64,000 nt of DNA from an uncultured delta proteobacterium (GTDB taxonomy: Bacteria > Desulfobacterota > Desulfobacteria > Desulfobacterales > SG8-13): contig CAWKCK010000018.1 in assembly GCA_963848135.1 (NCBI GenBank), positions 262,938-326,937 on the forward strand, read 5' to 3'. Made by a program: the position numbers and the translations under genes. The notes beneath the pieces are model-generated. The model was not told where the DNA came from. It saw only the letters and a program-made list of their open reading frames with translations, and did no database searches. This document shows positions 18,607 through 29,598 of the stretch, piece by piece. Each line of letters begins with the position of its first letter. Position 1 is the stretch's first letter.

Positions 18607-19719
18607 TTATCTATGACACATCTGACTAAGATACAAATCAAGAAATTTTTCTGTCATTATTTCTATAGTAAATGTCAAATTAAACTTTTCTTTTCCATTG
18701 GTTCCAAACTTTTTCGCTAAGTTTTTATTCCTTATTACTCTTCTAATTGCATCTGCCATTGAATCAGAATCATTGGAAGGTACCAGAATACCGTTCTCTT
18801 CATTTTTGATCAATTCATTATTGCCTCCTACATCTGTTGCAATAACTGGCAGACCAGCACTCATAGCTTCCAATATTGCCATAGATAATCCCTCTGATTT
18901 TGACGATAACACGAAAAGATCAATTGCGTTTAAAATAGTTGGTATGTCATTTCTATCTCCCATGAATATCACATTTTTTGACAATGTGTTTTTTTTGACA
19001 AATTCTTCAAGATTAATTTTTTCTTCACCAGATCCTACGATTAATAGACGTATTGTTATATTTTCATTATTGATTGCTTTGATTGCTTTTAAAAGCATAA
19101 GATGATTCTTTACCTTCGTTAATCTTGCGACTATTCCAATATAATAATATCCTTTATTATAAAGACCGAGTCTCTTTCTGCTCCTATCTTTGTTTTCTTT
19201 GACAATACTTGTCTCAATTCCATTGCTGACAACCTTAATTTTATTAGAATTAATTTTGTACTGATTGCCTAGATCTTTTTTAAGTTTTTTTGAAACGACA
19301 GTTATACCGTCAACCAGGTTATAAAGTAATTTATCTTTCAATTTCCCCAATAGCGTTTTCTCAGTCACGAATCCATGTTCGGTATTAATTACAATTTTGT
19401 TACCTGACAGTTTACCGGCGAGATACCCATATAATAGAGTTCCAGGGTTATGGCAGTGGATAATATCGAATTTACGAAACTTTATATATTTTATTAGTCC
19501 CCATACTATTGACAGATCAACAGCATCTCTCTTTTTGAACTCTTTAACTTCCGTTTTTTTCAGCAATTGTGTAGATAGTTCACCCGAATGCTTTAAGCAG
19601 GCAATTGCCGAAAAATACCCGAGCTGATTAAGACGATTGTTCAAACCTACAATTAATTTTTCACGACCGCCAATATTCAAATGCAATGTCAAATGTAGAA
19701 TTTTCAACATAATACCCAA
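18607..19719 (-). CDS. Glycosyltransferase family 4
   Basis: GGRE, VARLTKVKNH, EGLSMAILEAMS, TDVGGNNE. Confidence 0.94.
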   Translation of the reverse strand: MGIMLKILHLTLHLNIGGREKLIVGLNNRLNQLGYFSAIACLKHSGELSTQLLKKTEVKEFKKRDAVDLSIVWGLIKYIKFRKFDIIHCHNPGTLLYGYLAGKLSGNKIVINTEHGFVTEKTLLGKLKDKLLYNLVDGITVVSKKLKKDLGNQYKINSNKIKVVSNGIETSIVKENKDRSRKRLGLYNKGYYYIGIVARLTKVKNHLMLLKAIKAINNENITIRLLIVGSGEEKINLEEFVKKNTLSKNVIFMGDRNDIPTILNAIDLFVLSSKSEGLSMAILEAMSAGLPVIATDVGGNNELIKNEENGILVPSNDSDSMADAIRRVIRNKNLAKKFGTNGKEKFNLTFTIEIMTEKFLDLYLSQMCHR

Positions 19720-19799
19720 TTTATAGTCTCTAAGACAATGTTGCTTTAAAATTATTGAAGGCGAAAATATTAACTGTTAACGGAAATGTTTTATTCCTC

Positions 19800-21887
19800 T
19801 CATTTATTCAGTTTAACGAAAGTCTCATAAAAGTAGTCTCTCAGGGACAAATTTGGCTTCCAGCCTAATTCATTTCCTAATTTGCTTGAATCGAATAAAA
19901 CATTTTTTTGAGAAGTCTCGTATCGATAAATAGTTAGAGGGGGGTTGCGCCGGATGAGCCCAAAAATCTTTTCCTGCACATAAATCATCCCTTTCATTAT
20001 AGAATGTGGCAAGTAAAGATTGAGACCTTTACCTTTAACCCTACTTAATACTTGCTTAAGATATTCCCTTTTACTGATCCTATCGTTATGGTTTAAATTG
20101 TATATCTGTCCGATACTTTTGTCGGATTCGACGCAAAGTAGCATTGCGTCGATCACATCCTCAACCGGTATCAGCCTCAGTTTGTCGAAACCCATACCAA
20201 AAACAAGCCGCAATCTACTACCGAGAGCAATCCCAATTGGCTTAAGAAAAACATCTGTATTTTTACCAATGATCATCGATGGCCGTAAAATAGTCCAACC
20301 AACCTTTCCATTTGAAAGCTCTTCCTTGACTAACTTTTCAGCTTCCAATTTTGAGGCTGTATATGCCCCTCTCTCTAATGGACGTCTTTCATATATATGA
20401 TTTTCTTTAATTGGTATATCCGGGCGGCAATCGGTGACATCAAATACACTCATGGAACTCATGTATATAACTCGTTTAATGTCGGCTTCAGCAACAATGC
20501 GAATCAGGTTTTTGACACCACCGACAGTAATTTCCATATAGTCGCTGGCAGGTACTCCCAGTGCGGCGGCCAGGTGAATAATAATATCTGTTCCCTTTGC
20601 GGCTTCTAAAAAAGACGGATAGTGCCTAATGTCCCCAAAACGTATCTCTACGCCCATATCCTCCAGTTCTTCAATATAACTCAATTTACGAACAAATGCG
20701 CGTACATTATAATTCTCTTGAAGTAACTTCCGAACCACTTCTTTTCCAACAAAACCTGATGCACCAGTTACCAGAACTGTTTGTCTGTTTTTTCTACTTT
20801 TGGAACTGATGTTACGTGAAGTAAAGTCTAATCGTTTATTGGGTATTTCATTATAAATTCGGTCGCTTGTTTTCTCCGTGTTGTACACGAGGTTTTTCGA
20901 AATAGGGCTTTCTGTTCCTTTTTCAATGCATTCGTAGAATTGTTCGATCAAATTTTTCATCCCATGATACGGTATTGCTCTTTTGGTGGCAAAATCAAAA
21001 ATGTTCGAAACTGATTCCCAGTTGTGTTGAAATCCGATATCAAGATTATTGATTAGTATTCGATTAATTGCATCCGGTAGGCGATGTTTACGATAACGGA
21101 TTAGGCTTATGTTTCGCCAGTCAATTTTCACAGCTTGTTTTTCACCGTAAATAATCATAAAGTGCTGATACGGTTCGCAGCTGTAGGACTGTACAACCGT
21201 TCCAATAGCTTTTTCCCCTTTAATCAAAACGCGTATTTCATCGGTCAAGTTCTGTGGTATAGCTCCGATAGCGTTAGAGACAACATGTAAATCCTTTACC
21301 TTACCCGTAAATCGCAGGCACATGTATAGCGGGTGAGTTATGTAATTTTGGTGAAAACCGCCTGGCAGGTTATAACTCCAGTGAATTTCATTATCACTGT
21401 TCGTCTTTAGGCGATCATATCGTCTCATGTTCATACCATAATAGCTTTCAACGTAAACCACCTTGCCGAAACCTGGTGATTCAACAATTTTGATCGCTTT
21501 AGATACAATAGGATCAAATAGATAATTGTAGCCCGGACATACTTTTACGTTATATTCTGCAGATGCATCATATATATCGCTAACTTCATCGAAATTTAAG
21601 GCTAACGGTTTCTCTATGTATACATGTTTACCATGTTTTATTGCTTCTAAGGCCAGCTCTCTATGCGAAAAAGGTGGTGTTAAAATGTGAACCACATCGA
21701 CGTCACTTGAACTGAATATTTCATTCTTGGTAAATAATTTACAGTCTAGTTCATATTTAGTAGAAATTCTTTCACGAGCGGTTTTATTTTCGTCTACAAT
21801 ACCGACTATTGTAGCATTCGCGATTTTTTTTATAAAAGACACATGTTTCTCAGCTACCCAGCCGCATCCGATGATTCCGATATTCAT
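19800..21887 (-). CDS. Fusion of a Gfo/Idh/MocA oxidoreductase and an NAD-dependent epimerase/dehydratase (extended SDR)
   Basis: N-terminal GIIGCGWVA, ILTPPFSH, HVYIEKP; C-terminal VTGASGFVG, HLAA, YTASK, ILRP. Confidence 0.88.
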   Translation of the reverse strand: MNIGIIGCGWVAEKHVSFIKKIANATIVGIVDENKTARERISTKYELDCKLFTKNEIFSSSDVDVVHILTPPFSHRELALEAIKHGKHVYIEKPLALNFDEVSDIYDASAEYNVKVCPGYNYLFDPIVSKAIKIVESPGFGKVVYVESYYGMNMRRYDRLKTNSDNEIHWSYNLPGGFHQNYITHPLYMCLRFTGKVKDLHVVSNAIGAIPQNLTDEIRVLIKGEKAIGTVVQSYSCEPYQHFMIIYGEKQAVKIDWRNISLIRYRKHRLPDAINRILINNLDIGFQHNWESVSNIFDFATKRAIPYHGMKNLIEQFYECIEKGTESPISKNLVYNTEKTSDRIYNEIPNKRLDFTSRNISSKSRKNRQTVLVTGASGFVGKEVVRKLLQENYNVRAFVRKLSYIEELEDMGVEIRFGDIRHYPSFLEAAKGTDIIIHLAAALGVPASDYMEITVGGVKNLIRIVAEADIKRVIYMSSMSVFDVTDCRPDIPIKENHIYERRPLERGAYTASKLEAEKLVKEELSNGKVGWTILRPSMIIGKNTDVFLKPIGIALGSRLRLVFGMGFDKLRLIPVEDVIDAMLLCVESDKSIGQIYNLNHNDRISKREYLKQVLSRVKGKGLNLYLPHSIMKGMIYVQEKIFGLIRRNPPLTIYRYETSQKNVLFDSSKLGNELGWKPNLSLRDYFYETFVKLNK

Positions 21888-21936
21888 TCGATAGTTTCTC
21901 CAGTATTTAAATTTAATATTTGCGGAAAGTTATTTT

Positions 21937-22147
21937 AACCAAAGTTGAGCGTTTCGAAATTTCGAAATATGTAAATAAACGACGTTAATAAGGCACTTTG
22001 CCCATCGGCATTTGGTAAATATAAAGCCCTCCGGCTTTTCCATTTTCACCGCATCTACGGCGTCAAATGACGTCCCGCATAGTTCACTATAGCGGAACGA
22101 CATTTTCCTTGCACCTGCGGCAAACTCGAAAATCGCTCATTTAAGTT
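21937..22147. repeat. MITE-like palindromic intergenic element
   Basis: Imperfect terminal repeats AACCAAAGTTGAGCGTTTCG ... CGAAAATCGCTCATTTAAGTT, internal hairpin CCGCATAG-TTCA-CTATAGCGG. Termini resemble the arms of the palindrome at 45756-45811. Confidence 0.55.
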
Positions 22148-22203
22148 TTATATTTATCCGTACCATTTTTGGTATCCAGCGATTATGTACTATGTTTCTT
22201 TTT

Positions 22204-23928
22204 TTATTTATTAGTATAGATTATAATTTCGGGTCCAACCAATCCATCTTGAACTCTAGAAAACTTTTTTACTATTTGAAGCTTTTTGCTGAAACCAGGT
22301 ATATATTTAAATGATTTGAATCCATTCGATTTAAGGAACCCTTTGTCAAAAGAAGAATAAATAAAATAGTCGGGCTCTTCAGCCCCAATCTGATTCAAAT
22401 CGAGTACCTTAAAATCAGTTATCATATTTTTATATGAGGCTCCTCTTCCTTCGGTTTGCTTCACTATGTAGTTTTCGACATGATAGTATTCCTTTCCTAA
22501 CTTTTCAGCATAACCTCTCTTTATTTTTCCCGGCAGTTTTTTCCTCATAACCTGTTCCCCGATCATCGAGTATCTCTCTCTGGCGAACCTGTCGATGTCT
22601 GGAAGCGGTGGTGCGTTTATTGTACGCCCCAATGCTATTTTTGAGCCCTTAGGTAAATTATCAAGTATCCAATTTCGAGCGGCAATTCTTGTATCTTCTT
22701 TTACATAATTATCCCGGTATGTTATCAATTTATTACCTGAAATAATAACAAGAATTACTATAAATACGAATACTAAGGATAACTTTTTTTTCTTCAACTC
22801 GAGTAATTGCGACACCGCATAAGCTGAAACTAAAAAAATAGCTGGAAAAGCAGGCAACAAATAGTGAAGTGAATGTTTTTGATACTTCCCGATCAGTAAA
22901 AAAGTGATAAAAATGTACGGAAGAAACAAAAGATATGACTTGTCGCCTTTAAGGGATCTGTAAAGTGCATAGAATAGTCCGATTATAATAACTAAGCCAA
23001 GCCCGCGCTCCCATATAACCATTTCGGAAAATATCCATGCATAAGGCAATCGTGAAAAGTAGAACGAGGAACCACTCTGTTCATTTCCTAGCCTTCCAAT
23101 CTCCCAGCTAAGACCATCAAGATGAGCATACACATCAATTATAAAATATGGGGTACCGATAATAAAACCCAAGCAGATAAAAATTCCGTAGATGTAAATC
23201 AGCTTTGAGCGGACAAATTTCATTATCCGTTGCCTGGGTCCTAAATCAGCGCAAGAGTTCCATATAGACAAGATTATCCCAGACAATCCGACGATTATCA
23301 GTGTTCCAACATTGTATTTTGTCGCTATTGCTAATCCGCAGAAAAATCCACTCCAAATTATATGCTTAGTTTTGTCGCTATTAACAAATCGGATGAGAAA
23401 CAAAATAGAAAGAACAGTGAGCAACAAATAGGTGCTATCCGGCAATGCCCATGCTGTTCGTATGAGTGTAACGGTTGAAAAAGTAAACATCGCAGCCGCG
23501 AGAATGCCAGTTTTACGGTCCCGGTATGTTTTCCCTACAGAATACAATAATATTATGGATATTGATGAGAAAATGATGGACATCAACCTTCCGATAAAAT
23601 GGAAATAACCGGGGTACATCAGATATTTTACTGCAAAATCTGTTGTGTTGGAGATATCGCCTATCAGACTCGCAAACAAATAATAAAGAGCATAGCTAGC
23701 AGCTAGCAGATAAGTGTAAAATGCTGGGTACCAGGTTAAAATGGGTCGAACCGATTTTGTTGCTCCATAATTTAATGCGCACCCAATAAATCCATTTTCG
23801 TCCTCATCCCCTAAGTCAAACGGCATACCATAGTTTAGCATCGGCAGCCGCAACAATATTGTCACGGCTATAAGAAAAGATAGGGCCAATATGGTGACAT
23901 ATTTTTTTTGTTTAGAATTCATAACCAT
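22204..23928 (-). CDS. GT-C fold glycosyltransferase (ArnT/PMT_2-like, GT39/GT83)
   Basis: First-loop acidic motif DEDE, YPAFYTY, GRLMS, GLAIATKY, many TMs and a periplasmic C-terminal domain. Confidence 0.85.
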   Translation of the reverse strand: MVMNSKQKKYVTILALSFLIAVTILLRLPMLNYGMPFDLGDEDENGFIGCALNYGATKSVRPILTWYPAFYTYLLAASYALYYLFASLIGDISNTTDFAVKYLMYPGYFHFIGRLMSIIFSSISIILLYSVGKTYRDRKTGILAAAMFTFSTVTLIRTAWALPDSTYLLLTVLSILFLIRFVNSDKTKHIIWSGFFCGLAIATKYNVGTLIIVGLSGIILSIWNSCADLGPRQRIMKFVRSKLIYIYGIFICLGFIIGTPYFIIDVYAHLDGLSWEIGRLGNEQSGSSFYFSRLPYAWIFSEMVIWERGLGLVIIIGLFYALYRSLKGDKSYLLFLPYIFITFLLIGKYQKHSLHYLLPAFPAIFLVSAYAVSQLLELKKKKLSLVFVFIVILVIISGNKLITYRDNYVKEDTRIAARNWILDNLPKGSKIALGRTINAPPLPDIDRFARERYSMIGEQVMRKKLPGKIKRGYAEKLGKEYYHVENYIVKQTEGRGASYKNMITDFKVLDLNQIGAEEPDYFIYSSFDKGFLKSNGFKSFKYIPGFSKKLQIVKKFSRVQDGLVGPEIIIYTNK

Positions 23929-23944
23929 AGAAACAATTAATTAT

Positions 23945-24901
23945 TCAGAAGGGTGCTCCGGATTTTGAAATTTTATTAAATATCATTGTAATTGCTGTGC
24001 GCATGTCTGTGTTTTCAAATTTCTTTGGAATCAACGACTGTGAAAATGAAATATTTTCCTCGTTAGTCTTGTGGAGTGAATAATTTACATATATTCTTTT
24101 GTTAATAGTACTCTCCACCCTTTTTTTTATTTCGTGAATAGTCGTCGGCTTTCCGGAAACTAATGTTAAAGTTTCAATATCATTGCTGAAATTATTTCCC
24201 ATTAATCTTAGAGAAAAATAACGTCCGATATCAGGAGCAAAAACGTAATCCCGGATTGTTGTCAGACTTCCCGTGATGTAACTAATATTCTGCCTTATGC
24301 CGTTGATAATGAGGGTTGTAATTAACCCTAATCTCTGCCCTGGCATTATATAGGTGTAGACACTGCTGAGGCGATAAATGCATTTTTTGAAATTCTCTAA
24401 AGGCTCTATTTCATAAAGGGTATTTTCTTGTTTGACTTTCAACCAACTGTAGGGCCTTTTAGGTGATATGGAGGTGCCTGCAGTGACATGCCGCTGCCCT
24501 TCGAACAGCCCACCAGCTGAACTGACCGCGTGATAAACAACCAATAAGTTTTCAAAAGTGGACGATAAATTTTTTGTGAAATCAACAATTTTTAAATAAT
24601 TATCCAGTTCTATATCGGTTTCTTGCTCGTTAGCGTTAAATCCGGCTTTGCCGGCACTCCACACAACATGGATGGCACAAACAGTGCGATATTTATATAA
24701 TTCAGCAATATTTTTCTCTATTATTGAGAGTTGTTCATCCTGTTTGTCCGAATCAAACCATTCATATGCTACTTGTTTGAGATTGGCGTTTCCGGCCGAC
24801 CGAAGGCCATCTCCAATAGCCGTGCCTACTAAGCCAGTGCCGAAAATGACAATGATTCGGAGTTTTTCGTCGTTACCTTTTATTGTAATAAAAAGAGACA
24901 A
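23945..24901 (-). CDS. NAD-dependent epimerase/dehydratase family protein
   Basis: IFGTGLVG, SSAGGLF, YSWLK (YxxxK), RLSSVY, RDYVFAPD. Confidence 0.8.
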   Translation of the reverse strand: MSLFITIKGNDEKLRIIVIFGTGLVGTAIGDGLRSAGNANLKQVAYEWFDSDKQDEQLSIIEKNIAELYKYRTVCAIHVVWSAGKAGFNANEQETDIELDNYLKIVDFTKNLSSTFENLLVVYHAVSSAGGLFEGQRHVTAGTSISPKRPYSWLKVKQENTLYEIEPLENFKKCIYRLSSVYTYIMPGQRLGLITTLIINGIRQNISYITGSLTTIRDYVFAPDIGRYFSLRLMGNNFSNDIETLTLVSGKPTTIHEIKKRVESTINKRIYVNYSLHKTNEENISFSQSLIPKKFENTDMRTAITMIFNKISKSGAPF

Positions 24902-24903
24902 AA

Positions 24904-25908
24904 TTATTTCTGTGATTTGTCTATCATGCCATCCAAGAGGGCATCCTTGGTTCTATCAACTATGTAAAAGGTTGGCTTGCCTTGTGACTGCAGCAAAATT
25001 ATAGAAAGGTTTTCGAGTAAGATCACGCTAAGCAACGAGAGAAGACCACTGAAAAATAAAATGACCATCATGGTCGACGCCCATCCACGTGCCTGAATAG
25101 TCGTCGGATCGATAATTCTCGATATTATCGTATACATCGCCAATACTGCACTTGCAGTCATGGCAAACAATCCGACCAAGCCCCCGAACCGCGTCACTTT
25201 AACCTGCGAGGAGGTGAGCATTCGTCGTGCATGCTCGAAGAGTGAGCCGAGAGAATATCCGCTTTTGCCCTCGATATTATAGCGCCTGTCTTTTAAATCC
25301 AGCAGAATATTTAGGATGCGGTTTGTGAACCACCCGATGGCGATATCGAAATAGGTGTCATGCCCTGAAACAGATGCGGCCGCACGTGCTATGCTACCTC
25401 TGATAATTCTGAAGCTATTAAAGTAACGAACACTTGAATTACCGGAAAGCATGGCGATTGAACGTTTATAAGCCCTCGAAATTTTATCGCGGACATATGA
25501 CTGGTGAACGGATCCTTTTGGGTTGGCATAAACGACATCACTCTTGTTGCTGACACCATACAATAACATGCTGACGATATTCGCCGGATGATGCTGCATG
25601 TCTTCATCCAGGGTAGCGATCCAGTCACCGGAAGAATGGAGGATTCCCGCAATTGTCGCAGGATGTTGCCCATAATTGCGCGAGAGTTCGAGAACTTTGA
25701 CCCAGGGATAGCGTTTTCCAAGGGTCTCCAAAACTTCTGCAGATTCGTCGACAGATCCATCATCGACAAAAATCGATTCGATGAGTCTAAGTGGGGCCTC
25801 TTCACTTTCAAGGGACTCCCGAACCTTGTTCAACTCAGTGACCAGTTCTTCTAAGTACTTTGCTCCCTGGTACACCGGGGTTACAGTTGATAAATATACA
25901 TTCTCCAT
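24904..25908 (-). CDS. GT2 polyprenol-phosphate glycosyltransferase (GtrB/ArnC-like)
   Basis: VDDGS, LSRNYGQH, LDEDMQH; two C-terminal TM helices. Confidence 0.9.
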   Translation of the reverse strand: MENVYLSTVTPVYQGAKYLEELVTELNKVRESLESEEAPLRLIESIFVDDGSVDESAEVLETLGKRYPWVKVLELSRNYGQHPATIAGILHSSGDWIATLDEDMQHHPANIVSMLLYGVSNKSDVVYANPKGSVHQSYVRDKISRAYKRSIAMLSGNSSVRYFNSFRIIRGSIARAAASVSGHDTYFDIAIGWFTNRILNILLDLKDRRYNIEGKSGYSLGSLFEHARRMLTSSQVKVTRFGGLVGLFAMTASAVLAMYTIISRIIDPTTIQARGWASTMMVILFFSGLLSLLSVILLENLSIILLQSQGKPTFYIVDRTKDALLDGMIDKSQK

Positions 25909-26024
25909 ATTTTGCAGTCCTGTTTATAGTTACCGATCGTTGGTTTTTCTATCGAATAATCATATGAAATTTTGAGGATGCCCCTATCAAGATCTTTTCT
26001 TCTCTTGAATTACTTGTCTCAGCA

Positions 26025-27014
26025 TCAAGGGTAACGGTTGCTCATTTTCTTATTTGGATCGTTCTGTCTGTCCGGATTTGTTTGTTTATAATTGATTAAC
26101 TCGGATACAATATAAAGCGGCCGTGATTTCGATTCATCATATATTCTGCTAAGGTACTCGCCGATTATGCCGATTGTGAAAAGTTGAATGCCTCCGAGGA
26201 ACAAAACTGCAATAAAAACGGACGCCCACCCCGCTGGGATTGTCGATTCCGGCCGGAAAAACTTGGAATAGAGGCCCCATAAAATCATCATTATTCCAAT
26301 GAAGGCAGAAACAAGTCCCATGTAACTCGCAATTTTTAGAGGTTTGTCGGAAAAGGAAATAATTCCGTTCAAGGCGAAGCGCAGCATTTTAACAAAAGGG
26401 TATTTGGTTTCACCCGATAGACGTTCATGCCGCTCAAAATCTACACCGATCTGTTTGAATCCGACCCAAGCGACAAGGCCCCTGATAAAACGGCTCCTCT
26501 CTCTCATATCGATTAGCACATCAACTACGGAACGATCCATAAGCCGGAAATCACCAGTATCCACGGGAATGTCAGTTGCAGTTAGGGCCCGCATAATGCG
26601 ATAGAACAAAAAAGCCGTGCCCCGCTTAAAAAAACTGTCACCCTTGCGACTCTTGCGCCTGGCGTAGACCACCTGATATCCCTGTTGCCACATATCGATC
26701 ATTTTGGGGATTAATTCCGGCGGGTCCTGCAAATCACCGTCGATTACGACAACGGCAGCGCCACTTGCATAATCCAAACCGGCTGTTACCGCCATCTGGT
26801 GACCGAAGTTTCTTGAAAAACTGATTATTTTTACTTGCCGGTCCTGTTCGGCAATTTCTCTGAGGCGATCGATGGTTTCATCCGTGCTGCCGTCATTGAC
26901 GAAAACGAGTTCGAAATTATCGCTTTCCTGAAATACAGCTGCGCAGCGGCGATAAGCCTCTTGGACGTTCGCTTCTTCATTGTACACGGGTATGACGACA
27001 GAAACACTTTCCAT
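26025..27014 (-). CDS. GT2 bactoprenol glycosyltransferase (GtrB/YkoT-like)
   Basis: PVYNEE, VNDGSTD, FSRNFGHQ, IDGDLQDPPE, GDFRLMDR, IGEYLSRIYDESKSRPLY. Confidence 0.94.
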   Translation of the reverse strand: MESVSVVIPVYNEEANVQEAYRRCAAVFQESDNFELVFVNDGSTDETIDRLREIAEQDRQVKIISFSRNFGHQMAVTAGLDYASGAAVVVIDGDLQDPPELIPKMIDMWQQGYQVVYARRKSRKGDSFFKRGTAFLFYRIMRALTATDIPVDTGDFRLMDRSVVDVLIDMRERSRFIRGLVAWVGFKQIGVDFERHERLSGETKYPFVKMLRFALNGIISFSDKPLKIASYMGLVSAFIGIMMILWGLYSKFFRPESTIPAGWASVFIAVLFLGGIQLFTIGIIGEYLSRIYDESKSRPLYIVSELINYKQTNPDRQNDPNKKMSNRYP

Positions 27015-27020
27015 CTTACA

Positions 27021-28274
27021 CTATTCCTCGTCTGGCACGGGTTCATATTGACCAGCGAGGTATTTAAGACGCGCGGACATCGCTGCAAAAATGAGAAAAA
27101 AGTGGTTGTACTGTTGCGATAAGGCCAACATCGATACTAAAAGTACGATATAACCTATGCGGGCAGCCTGACTGATACTGTAGAGTTTATCATCTTTGCC
27201 TTTAAAGTGTTTTTCAGCATAGAGCAGATTTTTTAAAGACACCAAGGCTATAAGTATATAGACCGACAATGCCATCAGTCCGTTTTCAGCCCCGAGTTCG
27301 AGAAATGCATTGTGTGCGACATGGGTTTTGTCACCCGGAATAGCGAAATATTGTTTTGCGAGAATAAAGTTTCCTGGCCCTACCCCAAACCAGGGCCTGA
27401 GTTGGATGAGTTCGGCTGCCTGTTTCCACAGTTTCGTCCTTGAACTTTGTACTTGTGGTGTGTCTAAGTTTTCAATTCTCTGGAAATATCGGAAATGCGT
27501 ATTGATAAGCGCCACCACAATGAGGCCGAGGACAACCAAAACTATTACCGGCTTTTTTCTCTTTGCCCAGACGACTTGCAAAGTAAGCAGAATCAGACCG
27601 ACAAAGCCCATGCGTGATCGGGTGCGGGTCAACGCTAATAAAAACGCAAGCAGGCAGGCCCCAGAAAACAATTTTGCCTTTTTTTCCTTCGCATGCTCCA
27701 TAAAGTGGAGCGCAAACGGCATCATGCTTAATATCATTAATGCGTAGTCGTTCGACCCCCCATCCCCATCGAAGGACCGCAACCTATATCCAATTATATA
27801 AAGTTTTTGCATTACGAGGCTTAAGGCTACATCAATGAACATTAAGATCAGCATAATCCAGAGCACCGTTGTCATTCGCTGCGGGTTGGCCATGGCAGAG
27901 ACGAATAGATAATACAAGAACATGGCTTTTACGAAAAACAACCAGTAAGATAGGCTCGTATCGAAATCGATCGATTGCAGAGTAGCTACAAATGAAAACC
28001 CGACAAGCAGTGCGAGAAGCTTGCTCTGAGTAAATCGCATAGTTCCGGTTGCATGCCCGCTATTCATAGAAAAAACGAGGGCCAACACGGATATCACCAA
28101 TGCGGGTCGCAGTATTTGTATTGCCGGCATTAAATTCTGTGGGTTCCAGAATATAAACGTGAGATATGCAACAAATAAATAGAAATCCAAACCATGTGGC
28201 TCGGTTTGAGCTTCGATATCTTCCGTTGTCGTTAGCACGTTTTCACTTCTGTAATATCTCATCGATCCAATCAT
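27021..28274 (-). CDS. wzy: O-antigen ligase/polymerase (Wzy_C) family membrane protein, probable EPS polymerase
   Basis: TRSRMG, PWFGVGPGNF, AHNAFLELGAENG; multiple TMs. Confidence 0.85.
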   Translation of the reverse strand: MIGSMRYYRSENVLTTTEDIEAQTEPHGLDFYLFVAYLTFIFWNPQNLMPAIQILRPALVISVLALVFSMNSGHATGTMRFTQSKLLALLVGFSFVATLQSIDFDTSLSYWLFFVKAMFLYYLFVSAMANPQRMTTVLWIMLILMFIDVALSLVMQKLYIIGYRLRSFDGDGGSNDYALMILSMMPFALHFMEHAKEKKAKLFSGACLLAFLLALTRTRSRMGFVGLILLTLQVVWAKRKKPVIVLVVLGLIVVALINTHFRYFQRIENLDTPQVQSSRTKLWKQAAELIQLRPWFGVGPGNFILAKQYFAIPGDKTHVAHNAFLELGAENGLMALSVYILIALVSLKNLLYAEKHFKGKDDKLYSISQAARIGYIVLLVSMLALSQQYNHFFLIFAAMSARLKYLAGQYEPVPDEE

Positions 28275-28314
28275 TTGATAACAATTAATGTTTTTGAAGA
28301 GGGGCTGTCAAACT

Positions 28315-29598
28315 TTAGCTACTTGCTCCTTCTAATAAGTCGACGAATTCTGCGGTAAGTGTTTTCTTGCTAAATCTCTTCAAGTAGGCCCCCCTAGCTT
28401 CATGCTTCAGTTTGCCATCCAACCATTTTTTATACGCATCCAATATGGAAGATACGGTATCTTCAACGCTGTTAATTGACACCACGTAAGATTTCTTAGA
28501 GTACTTTTGAATCAGTTCCTTGACCTCTTGGCTGTCAATAACCGCCAAAATCGGGACGCCATCTCTGAAGGCCTCAAAGAGTTTGGTGCTGATCATTGGC
28601 GGAACGATCCGAAGCAGCATCAACGCAGATTTTTGTAATATTAGCTGTGCTTCAGCTTTCGGCACATGTCCAGTTGCCTGGACAATCTGCCCAAGTCCGA
28701 ACTTCTCCTGGACCTTCTCAAGCCAGTTGGCCTTTTCACGAACGGCGCCCACGTAAAGAAAGCGAAATTTGCCTTTCGGTATCAATTGTTGATCTTCAAT
28801 TCGCCTTAAGGCCTGGAAAAAGGTTTCGCAAGGGATTAAATTGTAATAGAAATTGCCGAGGTATACAATTGTGAAGATTTCAAAACTTTGCTTAGCAGGC
28901 TTTGTGTCGGGTGGCAGGAAATATCCGTTGTATATGGTCGCGGTTTTCCCGATGAGAAAGGGATACAGCGTCTCGTACATCCCTTGTGTTTGTCGTGTGG
29001 TCGTGATTAACCGGTCAGTGTTAGTGAGAGCGTAATGTTCCATTTTACGAATAATTATAGAATTCATTTTCCCGGCCCAGTTTTCCAAAAATAAAATATC
29101 TGGAAAAGACACCGGATCTCTAAAATCGAGCACAAGCGGTTTATTGGTTACCTGTTTTAGTAATACGCCGGAAAGTGCTGAACTAAAAGGCTTGCTGGAG
29201 ACATATATAAGATCGATATTATGCTTTTTTATGATATCTAAGCCTTTTAAAAATGCCGGCAACAGCCAACCGACAAATGCATCCGGTATGCAGGCCAACT
29301 CCTGAACGATGTTCGACTTAAGGTTTATTCCAAATGACTTTAAAAAGAGTCTTAATACTCCGTTCGCTTTCCAGGTGAAACGGTTCAGGTGAAACCAGGA
29401 CCGGCAGTAATATGTCTTTATGTTGCTCGGGGGGCCTTCCGATCCCACTTTGCATAGGGATGTGTCGGGATTTTTAACGGATAAAACATAGGGTTCCCAC
29501 CCGAAAGCAGTCATGTTCTTTGCGAAACCAAGTGCTCTCAGCCCACCGACATCTCGGATGGGGGGGAAATAGTAGGAAATCATCAGAATTTTTTTCAT
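28315..29598 (-). CDS. Glycosyltransferase family 4-like
   Basis: MISYYFPP...GGLR, LDFRDP, IYNGY, STKLFE. Confidence 0.87.
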   Translation of the reverse strand: MKKILMISYYFPPIRDVGGLRALGFAKNMTAFGWEPYVLSVKNPDTSLCKVGSEGPPSNIKTYYCRSWFHLNRFTWKANGVLRLFLKSFGINLKSNIVQELACIPDAFVGWLLPAFLKGLDIIKKHNIDLIYVSSKPFSSALSGVLLKQVTNKPLVLDFRDPVSFPDILFLENWAGKMNSIIIRKMEHYALTNTDRLITTTRQTQGMYETLYPFLIGKTATIYNGYFLPPDTKPAKQSFEIFTIVYLGNFYYNLIPCETFFQALRRIEDQQLIPKGKFRFLYVGAVREKANWLEKVQEKFGLGQIVQATGHVPKAEAQLILQKSALMLLRIVPPMISTKLFEAFRDGVPILAVIDSQEVKELIQKYSKKSYVVSINSVEDTVSSILDAYKKWLDGKLKHEARGAYLKRFSKKTLTAEFVDLLEGASS

